A DNA stretch of 64,000 nt from an uncultured Phycisphaerae bacterium (GCA_963760365.1 CAVXDC010000007.1:82728-146727), one strand, 5' to 3'. Shown: positions 31,112 to 42,016, counted from the stretch's first letter. A program made the numbers and translations. The notes: generated by a model not told the origin, from the sequence alone.

Positions 31112-33457
31112 GTGCTGGGTGTCCGCGGAAAAATTCTGTCGATTTCCGCCTCGGTCGTGCTCCTGGGAATGGGCGTTGCCGCTTTTCTGAACGGCAAGAC
31201 GTTCGAAAAGGAGTACTCCGAGAGTCTGCGCCTGGAAGTGGTGGTGATCGCCCGCAACGTCCATGCCCAGCTCGAACGCATCCTGCAGCTGGGATTGGAC
31301 GTGGACGACATCAGGGGCTTCGAGTCGCAGTGCCAGGATGTGGTCCGTCAGTATCCTACCCTCAGCTATGCCATGGTCGTTCGCAGTAACGGTTATATTC
31401 TGTTCCACAACGACACGACGCTCCAAGGAAAGGTGCTGAGGTCGTTGGCGTGGCTCGGTACCGCGTCCACCAATCAGGATTCTTTCCACATATCCAGGGA
31501 TGACAAGGGGGAGGAGTTCTGTGACGTGGCGGTCTTTTCTCACACCGACGCCCACGGAAACGTCTTCACTGTGGTGGGGTATCCTTCCAGCATCGTGAAC
31601 GCCAAGGTCCATGAGCTGGTCGTCAAGTCCGCGTTCTTTGCCGGCATCGCGATCGTGCTGGTCATCGTTCTGCTGCTGGTCTCCCTGACCGCCTCGGTCA
31701 CCAACCCCCTTTCCCAACTGGTCGGAACGATTCGCGAGATCCAGGCCAGCGGCAATCTCCGCAAGAGGGTGAACGTCAAGTCCAGGGACGAAATCGGCAC
31801 TCTGGCCGCCAGCTTCAACGAGATGATCAGCTCGCTCCAGAAGGCGTACGACGAATTGGAGGACCGCGTCGCCCAGCGCACGGAGGAGCTGACGAAGGCC
31901 AACCAGGACCTGCGGCAGGAGATCGCCGAGCGCACCCGCGCGGAGCAGGCCTTGCGCGAAAGCGAGGAGCGCTACCGCCTCGTGGCCGAAAGGACGGGGC
32001 AGCTCATTTACGACTACGACGTCTCCACCGGACACATCCAATGGGCCGGGGCAATCACGGAACTCACCGGCCACAGCGCGGAGGAGTTCGCCCAGGTGGA
32101 CATCCATGGATGGGAGGAGAGGATCCATCCGGAGGACCGCCAACGGGTCGCGGACTACCTAGCAGGGATGTTGCGCCATGGAAACACGTTCGACGCGCCC
32201 CACCGCTTCCGGCACAAGGACGGCCGCTACCTGCACGTCGAGCACAGCGCCGTAATCCTAAGAACCCCCCAGGGCGAAGCCAACCGGATGCTGGGTACGA
32301 TGAAGGACATCACCCTGCGCAAGGCGGCGGAGGATGAGTTGAAGCAATCCCACGAACACCTGGAGCATCGCGTCCAGGAGCGCACGGCGGATCTGGTGCG
32401 GGCCAACGAGCAGATCCGCCAGGCGCAAGCCGATCTGGTCCAGGCGGAGAAGATGGGCATGTTGGGGCAGCTTGTGGCCGGTGTGGCGCACGAGATCAAC
32501 ACGCCGACCGGAGCGATTATGAACGTGGCCAACGACGCCGCCCTGCATCTGCGGGAGCTGGCGGCCGCGGCGGCGGAGCTGATCCAGTTGCCGGACGACC
32601 TGCGCCAGTGGCTGGCCAAGGCAGTGCCCGAAATCCTCAGCCGAGACGTCGCCTTCGCCGAGCTGACGGACCGCAAGGCCCGCCGGCAGATCGAATCGGA
32701 CCTCCAACGCCACGGTATCGCAGACGTCAGGCACGTCACCGACGTTTTGATCGACTGCGGCTTGAGCACCTCCGACGAAAATGCCATCCGCTGCCTGTCT
32801 CACGAGAAGGGACTAAGATTCCTCGATCACCTCGTCGCCCTCAGGGCCGGCGTGGGGATATCCCTGGTCAGCGTGCAGAAGATCGTCAGGATTGTCCGAG
32901 CCCTGCGGTACTACAGCCGCAGCGGCGAGGGAGAGCTGTTCGACGTGAACCTCAACGAAAGCCTCGACAACACCCTGGTCATCCTCCAGAACCGCATCAA
33001 GCACACCGCCCAGGTCGAGAAATGCTACGACGAAAACATTTCCTCGGTGCAATGCGGCTCCGACATCTCACAGGTCTGGACCAACATCCTGTCCAACGCC
33101 TGCGACGCCATTGAAGGTTCCGACAGTCAAGGAGAGGGACTGATCAAGATCACCACCAGCATGAAGGACCAGCAGGTGGTGGTCCAAATCTTCAACGTCG
33201 GCCCCCCGATACCCCCGGAAACGATGCCGAAAATCTTCGACCCGTTCTTCACCACCAAGCCCATTGGCAAGGGCACCGGCCTGGGCCTGAGCATCTGCAC
33301 GGGCATTTTGCGCAAATACCATGGGATGATCTCCGCCCGCAACGAGCCAACAGGAGTCACCTTCGAAGTCACCCTACCCGTAAACCAAGGCACGACGTCT
33401 GCGGCGACGAGTTCCCAAACCAAGGTTGAGGAACCGGTTGCCCAGGCCAGTGGCTAA
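31112..33457 (+). CDS. Sensor histidine kinase (periplasmic/TM region, HAMP, PAS, HisKA, HATPase_c)
   Basis: HAMP (ASFNEMISSLQKA), PAS (YRLVAERTGQLIYDY..HRFRHKDGRY), H-box GVAHEINTP, and the N/G boxes (NILSNACDAI, GKGTGLGLSI). Confidence 0.85.
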   Translation: MLGVRGKILSISASVVLLGMGVAAFLNGKTFEKEYSESLRLEVVVIARNVHAQLERILQLGLDVDDIRGFESQCQDVVRQYPTLSYAMVVRSNGYILFHNDTTLQGKVLRSLAWLGTASTNQDSFHISRDDKGEEFCDVAVFSHTDAHGNVFTVVGYPSSIVNAKVHELVVKSAFFAGIAIVLVIVLLLVSLTASVTNPLSQLVGTIREIQASGNLRKRVNVKSRDEIGTLAASFNEMISSLQKAYDELEDRVAQRTEELTKANQDLRQEIAERTRAEQALRESEERYRLVAERTGQLIYDYDVSTGHIQWAGAITELTGHSAEEFAQVDIHGWEERIHPEDRQRVADYLAGMLRHGNTFDAPHRFRHKDGRYLHVEHSAVILRTPQGEANRMLGTMKDITLRKAAEDELKQSHEHLEHRVQERTADLVRANEQIRQAQADLVQAEKMGMLGQLVAGVAHEINTPTGAIMNVANDAALHLRELAAAAAELIQLPDDLRQWLAKAVPEILSRDVAFAELTDRKARRQIESDLQRHGIADVRHVTDVLIDCGLSTSDENAIRCLSHEKGLRFLDHLVALRAGVGISLVSVQKIVRIVRALRYYSRSGEGELFDVNLNESLDNTLVILQNRIKHTAQVEKCYDENISSVQCGSDISQVWTNILSNACDAIEGSDSQGEGLIKITTSMKDQQVVVQIFNVGPPIPPETMPKIFDPFFTTKPIGKGTGLGLSICTGILRKYHGMISARNEPTGVTFEVTLPVNQGTTSAATSSQTKVEEPVAQASG

Positions 33458-33460
33458 TGA

Positions 33461-35392
33461 ATGACCATGACAGAAGGCGTTCCAAAATTTCGTATCGCGG
33501 TCGCTGGGGTGGGGCAGGTAGACCTCCATGGCTTGGACGAAGCGGCGCCTTCCAAGGGATGCACCCTTACTTACGCCGACAACATCGCCCAAGTAGTGGC
33601 CTTGGCCCAGGCCGGCCAGTGCGAGGGAATCATCGTGGCGACCGACGCCCCTTCCCAGCTTTCGCGGGAAGCCGTCCAGGACCTGTGGCGGCTGGTTCCG
33701 GACGTCATGGTCATATTTATCCTGCCCCCAGGATACAGCGGGGCCAACTGCCCGGCGTTCTTGGGCGTTACGTCCGAATTTATATGGTATACCAATGAAT
33801 CGCCCCAGGCGTTGATGGCGGGCATGCGAAGGGCGGTGGAAAGCATCCGGGCTCATCGACCCGAGTACTGTGTCCTGTGCGTGGACGACGACTTGGAGTT
33901 CCTGGCCTCGCTGAGACGATTGCTGGTTTCCTCCGCAGAGCATTCCTTCTCGCAGTTCAGTCTGGACTTCCTTTTCGCCTCCAATCCCAAAGAGGCCTTG
34001 GCTCTCGTGAAGACGCTGGACAAGCCTCTGGCTGTGGTTGTCTGCGACCAGGTCATGCCTCAGATGAACGGCTTGGACTTCCTGGGCCAACTGAAAAACA
34101 CCCATTCCTCCACACGACGGGTTCTCCTCACAGGTTACGCCGGAATCGAGTCGGCAATCCGGGCCGTCAACGAACGATTGCTGGACAGGTACCTCACCAA
34201 ACCGGTGGAGAACCCCTCCGAGTTCACGGATGTCGTCCGGCGCCTGGTTCGTGAGTTTCATCTCCAGTCCCAGGCCACTCTGAGCCGCCACAGGACTCTG
34301 GCCCAGTTCGAGTTCATCCAAACGGTCACGAGCGCGGAAACTCTGGAGGCGGCCCTGGACACCACGACCCACTTCCTCCTGAGACAGCTTGGCGTCCCGT
34401 GGGTGGCCTTGTTTTTGCCCGAGAACGACCAGTGCGAGCTTCGCTCCACGGCGGGGCATCCACCGAAGTCCGTCACCCTGCTACACCGAGCCTTGCAGGA
34501 GCATGTCCGAGACTGTGAATTTTGCCGCAGGATTCTCCCCGAGATGTTGCCGAAATGCCCTGTCAACGATTCGGAGAAGGACGATCAGACTCCCGTGGAT
34601 GTCGCCACCGTGGCCGCTTTGACCGTGCGACAACGGGTTCTGGGGGCCATCGTCGTCGGCAACGACAAGCCCGGGCAGTTGTTGACCCCGGAGAACCGGA
34701 TGCTGACGACCTCCGTAGCCGATATCGCGGCCATGACGATCATCCGGTTCCAGGATCATGAGACCCTGGAGAGCATTTACGTCGGCACGATGGCCAGCCT
34801 GATGGACGTCGTCGAGGCCAAAGACCCCTACACTCGAGGCCACACCGACCGCGTGGTCAACCTGGCCGTCGCGCTGGCCAAAGCGGCGGGGGTGAGCGAG
34901 GAGGTGCTGAAGGACATCCGCTACGCCGCTGCCCTGCACGACCTGGGCAAGCTGGCCGTGCCCGAAAGCATCCTCCGCAAGCCCGGGAATCTGAGCCCAA
35001 AAGAACAGGCCATCGTGATGGAGCATCCGGGCCGCGCGGACACGATTCTCAAGCACCTGCGGTTCCTGGATGTCGCGCGTCTCATCATCCGTAGTCACCA
35101 TGAACGGTTCGACGGTCAGGGTTATCCCGACCGACTGGTCGGAGAGGAAATCCCCCTGGGGGCGAGGATTCTGGCCATCGTCGATGCCTACGACGCCATG
35201 ACGTCGAGCCGACCTTATCGACAAACCATGAATACCGCGCAGGCCCTGGCCCAGATCCGGGCCTGTGCGGGCACGCAGTTCGACCTGGCTTTGGCGACGT
35301 TATTTGTGGAGATGATGCAGGCCAGTAACATGAAACAACAGGCTGGATCGCGGATCGGTCCCATAGAACCGGTGGAGGTTTCGCAATCATGA
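33461..35392 (+). CDS. Response regulator (pseudo-receiver, receiver, GAF-like region) with an HD-GYP phosphodiesterase domain
   Basis: Receiver VLCVDDD..VVVCDQVMPQMNG..LTGY..TKP. HD-GYP domain HTDRV..AAALHDLGK..HHERFDGQGYP. Confidence 0.8.
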   Translation: MTMTEGVPKFRIAVAGVGQVDLHGLDEAAPSKGCTLTYADNIAQVVALAQAGQCEGIIVATDAPSQLSREAVQDLWRLVPDVMVIFILPPGYSGANCPAFLGVTSEFIWYTNESPQALMAGMRRAVESIRAHRPEYCVLCVDDDLEFLASLRRLLVSSAEHSFSQFSLDFLFASNPKEALALVKTLDKPLAVVVCDQVMPQMNGLDFLGQLKNTHSSTRRVLLTGYAGIESAIRAVNERLLDRYLTKPVENPSEFTDVVRRLVREFHLQSQATLSRHRTLAQFEFIQTVTSAETLEAALDTTTHFLLRQLGVPWVALFLPENDQCELRSTAGHPPKSVTLLHRALQEHVRDCEFCRRILPEMLPKCPVNDSEKDDQTPVDVATVAALTVRQRVLGAIVVGNDKPGQLLTPENRMLTTSVADIAAMTIIRFQDHETLESIYVGTMASLMDVVEAKDPYTRGHTDRVVNLAVALAKAAGVSEEVLKDIRYAAALHDLGKLAVPESILRKPGNLSPKEQAIVMEHPGRADTILKHLRFLDVARLIIRSHHERFDGQGYPDRLVGEEIPLGARILAIVDAYDAMTSSRPYRQTMNTAQALAQIRACAGTQFDLALATLFVEMMQASNMKQQAGSRIGPIEPVEVSQS

Positions 35393-36906
35393 ACACGAAC
35401 GGAAAAAGATACTTGACCATCTGCATTGACGACGACCCGGAGTTCCTGGGCTCTCTGAAGAGAACGTTACCTGACAAGGTGACGCCATTGTGCCAGGAAT
35501 TTTCCGCCGAGTTCGATTTTGTCACGAGCGCCCAGGAGGTGCAAGACCTGCTCTCGGAGACCACCGAACGAGACATCCTCCCGGCCATGCTCATCTCCGA
35601 CCAGATCATGCCCGGCATCAGCGGCTTGGACCTGATCGAGCAGCTCAAGAGCAAGTATCCCGATCTGGTGTGCGTGCTTCTGACAGGCCACGCCGGACTG
35701 GAACAGGCCAAGCGAGCCATCAACCGGCACTTGCTGGACCAGTACATCACCAAGCCGATCGAGGACATGCAAGAGTTCGCCGCAATGGTGTCTAACCTAT
35801 TAAAGCGACACCACTTACAACTTGAGGAACGCCAGCGCACAAGCCAACTCGCCGAGACCGTGGAGCAGTTGCGCACCTCCAATGAAAAGATCCGCGCGAT
35901 GCATTCGGCGGCCGAGCAGATTGCCATGCTGAGCAAGGGGCTCAAATGCGTGGACCTGGACGAGGTCGTCCGGTTGATCACCAACGAAGTGCCCAAGCTG
36001 TTTGACGCGGAGTTCGGCGTGTTGTGTCTGCGGGATGCTCAAGGCACTCCGAGCTGTTCCTCCGCCATGATTGCCAGGCACCACTGCCCCGCCACGGATC
36101 AGTTCGTGGCCGAACGACCCGAGGCGGAGGGGCTGCCAGACCAAACGTCGATCGTGTTGCGTAACGTACCCAACTCTTGCGAGGCCCTGGGCGGAAAGCC
36201 CCCCAGCGTGGTCATCCCCTTGCAGGTCAAGGAATTCGACGGGAATGGCAGCGGGCAGCAGCGGGCGTACATGTGTCTCTGCCGTGCGGCTCAATCTCCC
36301 GCGATGTCGGAGGACCTGTTCCTCTACAAGGCCAGCCTCATTCGGGAGGTTCTCAGCGCCAATCTGACCAACGCGGTGCTTTACCGGATTGCCCTGCTCC
36401 AGAGCGAGGTAGATTCGCTCACCGGCACCTGCACCCGAAGGGTGTTGGAGGAAAGGCTCCAGTCGGAGTTCGATCGGGCGTCGCGGTACGGGCGGCCTTT
36501 CTGCATCGCGGTAGTCGACATCGACGAGTTCAAGACCGTCAACGACCGGTTCGGACATGCCACAGGGGATCGTGTCCTGCGCGACTTGGCCGACCTCATG
36601 CAGCAGGAGATGCGCAGCACGGACACGCTCGCGCGATACGGTGGAGATGAATTCGTCTGGATCCTGCCGGAGACCGAGACCGCCTCCGCCGTCACAGCCA
36701 TGGAGCGGCTGCGGAAAAGCGTAGCGTCGCAACAGGCTGCCGACCGACCGCCCGTGACGGTGAGCTGCGGCGTGGCTGAATGGCTAGGCTCACCCCAAGA
36801 TACCGCCGCCGAGGTGCTCCGCCGCGCCGATGCAGCCATGTATCAGGCCAAGCACGCCGGCCGCAACCGCGTGGAAGTCCACCCCAAACAACCCGTCTGT
36901 TCCTGA
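35389..36906 (+). CDS. Response regulator with a GGDEF diguanylate cyclase domain
   Basis: The receiver (ICIDDD..LISDQIMPGISG..LTGH..TKP) is paralogous to the preceding gene. The GGDEF domain reads DIDEFKTVNDRFGHATGD..RYGGDEF. It overlaps the upstream gene by 4 nt. Confidence 0.85.
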   Translation: MNTNGKRYLTICIDDDPEFLGSLKRTLPDKVTPLCQEFSAEFDFVTSAQEVQDLLSETTERDILPAMLISDQIMPGISGLDLIEQLKSKYPDLVCVLLTGHAGLEQAKRAINRHLLDQYITKPIEDMQEFAAMVSNLLKRHHLQLEERQRTSQLAETVEQLRTSNEKIRAMHSAAEQIAMLSKGLKCVDLDEVVRLITNEVPKLFDAEFGVLCLRDAQGTPSCSSAMIARHHCPATDQFVAERPEAEGLPDQTSIVLRNVPNSCEALGGKPPSVVIPLQVKEFDGNGSGQQRAYMCLCRAAQSPAMSEDLFLYKASLIREVLSANLTNAVLYRIALLQSEVDSLTGTCTRRVLEERLQSEFDRASRYGRPFCIAVVDIDEFKTVNDRFGHATGDRVLRDLADLMQQEMRSTDTLARYGGDEFVWILPETETASAVTAMERLRKSVASQQAADRPPVTVSCGVAEWLGSPQDTAAEVLRRADAAMYQAKHAGRNRVEVHPKQPVCS

Positions 36907-36930
36907 ACAGAATTTCCCGACATTGAATGA

Positions 36931-36974
36931 GGGCGGCGGACTCGTGAGAACGAGCCAGCCGCCCTTCTCTTTGG
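36931..36974 (+). terminator. Intrinsic terminator after the GGDEF gene, between convergent genes
   Basis: A long stem, GGGCGGCGGACTCGT..ACGAGCCaGCCGCCC (36931-36964), followed by TTCTCTTT. Confidence 0.5.
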
Positions 36975-36990
36975 AAAGCCCGTCGGTGGT

Positions 36991-38736
36991 CTAAAACATG
37001 CCCACGACGCCGCCGTTTTCGTCCAGGTCCACGTCCATGAAGGCCGGGCGCGACGGCAGCCCCGGCATCGTCCGCATCATGCCTAGTATCGGATACAAAA
37101 ATCCCGCCCCCGCCGAGGCGCGCACCTCGCGGATGGGTACGGTGAACCCCTTGGGCACCCCCTTGAGGGTCGGGTCGTGCGACAGGCTCAGGTGCGTCTT
37201 GGCCATGCAGATGGGCAGGCGGTTGAGCCCGGCCTTTTCGTACAGACCGATCTGGCGCTCCGCCAGCGGCTCGTAGGTGATCCGCTCGGCCTGATAGACC
37301 TTTTTGGCAATCGTCTCGATCTTGGCCTTGATGGGGAGGTCATCCGCGTAGAGGAACTGGAACTTGCTGGGCTTTTCGCAGGCGGCGGTCACGGCCTTGG
37401 CCAGTTCCACGGCGCCCTGGCCGCCTTTGGCCCAGTGTTCGCAGGGCACGGCGTCTTCCGCCCCGGCCGACTGGGCTGCCTTGCGGACGAACTCCGCCTC
37501 GGCGGCGGTGTCCGTGGGGAACTGGTTCACCGCCACCACCACCGGCACGCCGAACATCTTGACGATCTCGATGTGCCGCACCAGGTTGCAGACGCCTTTC
37601 TCCAGCAGGGCCATGTTCTCTTTGGTGTAGGCCGCATCCAGGGGTTTGCCCGGCACGACTTTGGGGCCGCCCCCGTGCATCTTCAGTGCGCGGATGGTCG
37701 CTATCAGCACCACGCAGTTGGGAATAAGCCCGCTGATGCGGCACTTGATGTCGAAGAACTTCTCCATGCCGATGTCGGCTCCGAAGCCGCTCTCGGTGAC
37801 CACGTAGTCGGCCAGCTTCAAGGCGATCCGATCGGCGACGATGGAATTGTTGCCGTGGGCGATGTTGGCAAAGGGTCCGGCGTGCACAAAGGCGGGTTGG
37901 CCCTCCAACGTCTGCATGAGGTTAGGCTTGATGGCGTCCTTCATCAGCACGGCCATGGCCCCATGGACGCCCAGGTCCTTGGCCGTGATGAACTTTCCCC
38001 GGCGGTCCGTGCCGATGACGATCCGCCCCAGGCGCTCGCGCATGTCCTTCAGGTCGGTCGCCAGCGCCAGGATGGCCATGACCTCGCTGGAGACGGAGAT
38101 GTCGAAGCCCGTCTGTCTCGGTCGGCCGTCTTCGGCGGTGCCCAGCCCCACCACGATGTTGCGCAGCGCCCGGTCGTTGACGTCCACCACCCGCCGCCAG
38201 GTGATGCTATAGGGGTCGATGTCCAGCCGCTTCAGCTTGGCCTTGTCCAGTTCCTTGTCCGACATCTGATCCTCATGCATGATGCGGGCGTCGATGGCCG
38301 CTGCCAGAAGATTGTGCGCGATGGAGACGGCGTGGATATCGCCGGTCAGGTGCAGGTTGAACTCCTCCATCGGGATGACCTGACTATACCCGCCGCCCGC
38401 CGCCCCGCCCTTGATCCCGAACGTCGGTCCCATCGAAGGCTGGCGAATGCACAGAAAGACCTTCTTACCCAGCAGTCCCATCGCCTGCGTCAGGCCCACG
38501 GAGGTGGTGGTCTTGCCCTCTCCCAGCGGCGTCGGCGTGATGGCCGTCACGTCGATGTACTTCCCGTTGGGCCGGTTGGCCAGGCGCTCCAGGATGCTCA
38601 ACTTCACCTTGGCCTTGATGTCGCCGTACGGCTCCAACTCCTCCGGCAGGATGCCGGCTTGCTTGGCGATCTGGGCAATCGGCCGCGGGGTGGCGGCGTG
38701 AGAGATCTCGATGTCCGAGGGAACGGATGCGGCCAT
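36991..38736 (-). CDS. fhs: Formate--tetrahydrofolate ligase
   Basis: Intact 581-aa ORF with [16 protein letters not shown] and family-wide similarity. Confidence 0.93.
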   Translation of the reverse strand: MAASVPSDIEISHAATPRPIAQIAKQAGILPEELEPYGDIKAKVKLSILERLANRPNGKYIDVTAITPTPLGEGKTTTSVGLTQAMGLLGKKVFLCIRQPSMGPTFGIKGGAAGGGYSQVIPMEEFNLHLTGDIHAVSIAHNLLAAAIDARIMHEDQMSDKELDKAKLKRLDIDPYSITWRRVVDVNDRALRNIVVGLGTAEDGRPRQTGFDISVSSEVMAILALATDLKDMRERLGRIVIGTDRRGKFITAKDLGVHGAMAVLMKDAIKPNLMQTLEGQPAFVHAGPFANIAHGNNSIVADRIALKLADYVVTESGFGADIGMEKFFDIKCRISGLIPNCVVLIATIRALKMHGGGPKVVPGKPLDAAYTKENMALLEKGVCNLVRHIEIVKMFGVPVVVAVNQFPTDTAAEAEFVRKAAQSAGAEDAVPCEHWAKGGQGAVELAKAVTAACEKPSKFQFLYADDLPIKAKIETIAKKVYQAERITYEPLAERQIGLYEKAGLNRLPICMAKTHLSLSHDPTLKGVPKGFTVPIREVRASAGAGFLYPILGMMRTMPGLPSRPAFMDVDLDENGGVVGMF

Positions 38737-38777
38737 AGCCTATCTCCTTTTCCTGGCGCGGCTCGGCGCCGACGTAC

Positions 38778-39614
38778 CTAGGGGTTCTGCCTTTCATGGG
38801 TTCTGTCAGCTAGTCCGGGCGGGCGCCCTTGGCCTTGCATCCGGGCTGCAATCTCCGAAAGGATTCCTTCCACGGCTTTGCGATGGTCCACGAGAACCTC
38901 ACATGGCTCTGCCTTGCCATCGGGAGTCCTCTTGAAGATCCCCCTCGCCAAGCGATCATCCGTCGGCAGATGCCCCAGCAGCGGGATATCCTGAAGCTCG
39001 CCAACGATCTTCTCGATCTCCGCCGGCCGGTTCACCCGGTTGGCCACCGCGTACAGGCGGCGCATCCCCAGGTCTCCGGCCAGCTTCTGCACGCGCCGGG
39101 CGGTCTGCGTGCTCCAAGCGGTGGGGTCCACAACGACAATGAGCCCATCCATGGTCTGGGCGGTGGCCCGGCCGAGATGCTCTAGGCCGGCCTCCATGTC
39201 CATGACCAAAGCCTCCTCCCGGCCGAGCACCAGGTGGACCAACAAGGCCTTCAGCAACGCGGTCGCCGGGCACAGGCAGCCTTCTCCGCCTTTGGCGATA
39301 CCCCCCAGCACGAGCAACCGAATGCCGCCGATCCGCCGGCAATACCGATCGGGGATGTCCTCCACGTGCGGATTCAGTTTGAAGAACGTCCCGTATCCTT
39401 CCTTGGCGCCCGTGCGCTCCTGAATGAGCTCCCGCATGGCGGCCAGGGGGGTGATCGGCTCACTGTCCGGAATCCCCAGGGCCGAGGCTAAATTGGCGTC
39501 CGGATCGGCGTCGATGGCCACAACGCTGTGCCCCTGGAGGCTCAAGGCCGCCGCCAACATGGCCGACAGCGTGGTCTTGCCCACGCCACCTTTGCCGGAT
39601 ATGGCCAACTTCAT
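38778..39614 (-). CDS. cooC: CO dehydrogenase/ACS nickel-insertion accessory ATPase CooC
   Basis: P-loop ISGKGGVGKTT and the CxC metal motif (GEGCLCPA). MinD/ParA-like fold. Confidence 0.85.
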   Translation of the reverse strand: MKLAISGKGGVGKTTLSAMLAAALSLQGHSVVAIDADPDANLASALGIPDSEPITPLAAMRELIQERTGAKEGYGTFFKLNPHVEDIPDRYCRRIGGIRLLVLGGIAKGGEGCLCPATALLKALLVHLVLGREEALVMDMEAGLEHLGRATAQTMDGLIVVVDPTAWSTQTARRVQKLAGDLGMRRLYAVANRVNRPAEIEKIVGELQDIPLLGHLPTDDRLARGIFKRTPDGKAEPCEVLVDHRKAVEGILSEIAARMQGQGRPPGLADRTHERQNP

Positions 39615-40066
39615 CGCCGTGCCAGTTCCGCCCTTTTAACCTTTTGACCTTAAAGAATTGCCGCCGTGCCCCTAGGCGTCGGCGGCCTGTGACGGACATG
39701 CAAACCATTGCCGGACTGCGCCGTCCGCACGCAGAAGCATACCCTTCCTTCCCCCCCGCCTGCAAGAGATTCCCCAGGCCAGCGCTACGACGTCGCCGCT
39801 CTTCCGACCCGTCTAGCCGACTTTCCGAAAGCTGACGGCAAAGGGTCAGCAAAAGGATCAAAACAGTGCCATTTCACAAACACCCAAACAAAAAACTTGC
39901 CTGGGGAACGGCATTTTTGCTACTTTGCATAGGTAGATTCATCGTTGAATTAGGCCGGAGGAGACGGCCGTTGTAACCGTTCCCGCCAAGGAAGGACTCG
40001 CAGGTCTAGTGTGTGTTCGGACCAGATGCCTCCCGATCTGGCGCCCATTCAGAAAGAGGTGCAGTC

Positions 40067-42016
40067 GTGAAAACGCCGGAGCAACGCAGCGTGGACCCCG
40101 CCACCGTCACCATGCTCACCGAAGCCGCCTCCCAAGGCCTGACCGTGGCCTGGGATCGCCAGGAGGCGATGGAACCACAATGCGGTTTCGGGCAGTTGGG
40201 GATCTGTTGTCGCATTTGCCGGATGGGTCCCTGCCGCATCGACCCCTTCGGCGACGGCACGACCGAGGGCATCTGCGGGGCGACCGCCGACATCATCGCC
40301 GCCCGAAACCTGGTACGGATGATCGCCAGCGGCGCCTCGGCCCATTCCGATCACGGCCGGGACATCGCCCATACGCTGCTTATGGCCGCCGAGAGGGCCG
40401 ATTGCGACTATCGCATCAAGGACCCAATCAAACTCCGCGCCCTGGCCAAGGAGCTGGGCGTGCCCACCGAGGGCAAGGACCTGCGCGAGATCGCCCGCGG
40501 CGTGGCCACCATCGCCTTCAGCCAATTCGGCCAGCAGCACGGGGAGCTGGTCTTCACGGCCCGGGCGCCGCAGGACCAGCGCAGGAGATGGCGCGAGGCG
40601 GGTGTGACGCCCCGCGGCGTGGACCGCGAAGTCGTTGAGATCATGCACCGAACCAACATGGGCGTGGACAACGACCCCGTCAACCTCATCCTCCAGGGCA
40701 TTCGGGCGGCCTTGGCGGACGGCTGGGGCGGTTCGATGATCGCCACGGAGCTGTCCGACGTGCTGTTCCGCTCGCCTACCTGGGTCCGCAGCCGGGCCAA
40801 CCTGGGCATCCTGGATCCGGCGGCCGTGAACATCATCGTCCACGGGCACGAGCCGACACTCTCGGAGATGATTGTCGCGGCCGCCCAGGACAAGGATCTC
40901 CTGGCCTTGGCCAAGAGCAAGGGCGCCAGCGGCATCAATCTGGGGGGCATCTGCTGCACGGCCAACGAGATCCTCATGCGCCACGGCATCCCCCTGGCCG
41001 GGAACTTCCTCCAGCAGGAGCTGGCCGTCGCGACCGGCGTTGTCGAGGCGATGGTGGTGGACGTGCAATGCGTCTTCCCGGCCTTGGGCAAGCTGACCCA
41101 GCAGTTCCACACCAAGTTCATCTCCACCTCTCCCAAGGCCAAGTTCCCTTACGCCCAACACGTCGAGTTCGATGAATCCCGGGCCCTGGAGATCGCCAAA
41201 AAGATCGTCCGCATGGCCATCGAGAACTTCCCCAACCGCAAGACCACCCCCCACGTGCCCCCCGACAGCAACCCGCTGGTGGCCGGTTTCACGGCCGAGA
41301 ACATCGCCACCATGCTGGGTGGACGGTACCGTCCCAGCTATCGGCCCCTCAACGACGCCATCATCTCCGGCCGACTTCGAGGCGTGGCCGGGGTGGTCGG
41401 GTGCAATAACCCGCGTCTTCGCCACGACTACGGCCACCTGGCCATGGCCAAGGAGCTGCTGGCCAACGACGTGCTGGTGGCCGTGACGGGCTGCTCCGCC
41501 GTCGCCGACGCCAAGGCGGGATTGCTTACCCCCGAGGCGGCGGAGCAGTATGGCGGTGCGGGCGTGCAGGAAATCTGCCGGGCCGTCGGCATCCCTCCCG
41601 TGCTGCACCTGGGGTCCTGCGTGGACATCAGCCGGATTCTGGTAGTCCTGTCCAACGTCGTGGCCGAGGGCGGATTAGGACAAAGCATCGCCGACCTGCC
41701 CGTCGCGGGGGCGGCGCCGGAATGGATGAGCGAAAAGGCCGTGTCCATCGGCTTCTACGTCATCGCCTCGGGCGTCTACACGGTGCTGGGCGAGCCGCTG
41801 CCGATCCAGGGCGCCACGCAACTGACGAATTTCCTGTGCGGCGGGATCGAGAAGATGTTCGGTGGCAAGTTCGCCTTCGAGCCGGACCCCGTCAAGGCCG
41901 CCCACCTGATGATCGACCACATCGACGCCAAGCGCGCCGCCCTGCACCTACCGGCTCCGATGTACCCCGTCCCCTACGCCCCGCGCACGGTGGACAAGGC
42001 CAAGGTCGCCGTCTAG
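40067..42016 (+). CDS. cooS: Anaerobic carbon-monoxide dehydrogenase catalytic subunit (CooS/AcsA)
   Basis: CGFGQLGICCRICRMGPCRI (B/D-cluster region), HGHEP, and family-wide similarity. GTG 40067 follows AAGAGG; the ORF opens at 40013. Confidence 0.9.
   Translation: MKTPEQRSVDPATVTMLTEAASQGLTVAWDRQEAMEPQCGFGQLGICCRICRMGPCRIDPFGDGTTEGICGATADIIAARNLVRMIASGASAHSDHGRDIAHTLLMAAERADCDYRIKDPIKLRALAKELGVPTEGKDLREIARGVATIAFSQFGQQHGELVFTARAPQDQRRRWREAGVTPRGVDREVVEIMHRTNMGVDNDPVNLILQGIRAALADGWGGSMIATELSDVLFRSPTWVRSRANLGILDPAAVNIIVHGHEPTLSEMIVAAAQDKDLLALAKSKGASGINLGGICCTANEILMRHGIPLAGNFLQQELAVATGVVEAMVVDVQCVFPALGKLTQQFHTKFISTSPKAKFPYAQHVEFDESRALEIAKKIVRMAIENFPNRKTTPHVPPDSNPLVAGFTAENIATMLGGRYRPSYRPLNDAIISGRLRGVAGVVGCNNPRLRHDYGHLAMAKELLANDVLVAVTGCSAVADAKAGLLTPEAAEQYGGAGVQEICRAVGIPPVLHLGSCVDISRILVVLSNVVAEGGLGQSIADLPVAGAAPEWMSEKAVSIGFYVIASGVYTVLGEPLPIQGATQLTNFLCGGIEKMFGGKFAFEPDPVKAAHLMIDHIDAKRAALHLPAPMYPVPYAPRTVDKAKVAV

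Noticed and set aside
37177-38781. 534-aa plus-strand ORF antisense to fhs.
   Set aside because: It is a shadow ORF of a highly conserved gene, with no recognisable domain.
39615-40066. Possible sigma-54 promoter (TGGGGAACGGCATTTTTGCT), or a B12, THF or NiCo riboswitch, in the 450-nt cooC/cooS divergent region.
   Set aside because: The GG-to-GC spacing does not fit the -24/-12 geometry. I found no B12 box and no THF core (CGCGUUAAGUG). Only generic hairpins are present, at 39953-39969 and 40023-40042.
40049-41608. 519-aa minus-strand ORF antisense to cooS. The same applies to 46179..47537 antisense to acsB, 30875..32143 antisense to the kinase, 28884..29978 antisense to the porin, and 61297..62292.
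   Set aside because: All are shadow ORFs opposite well-supported genes. Open antisense frames are expected at this GC content.
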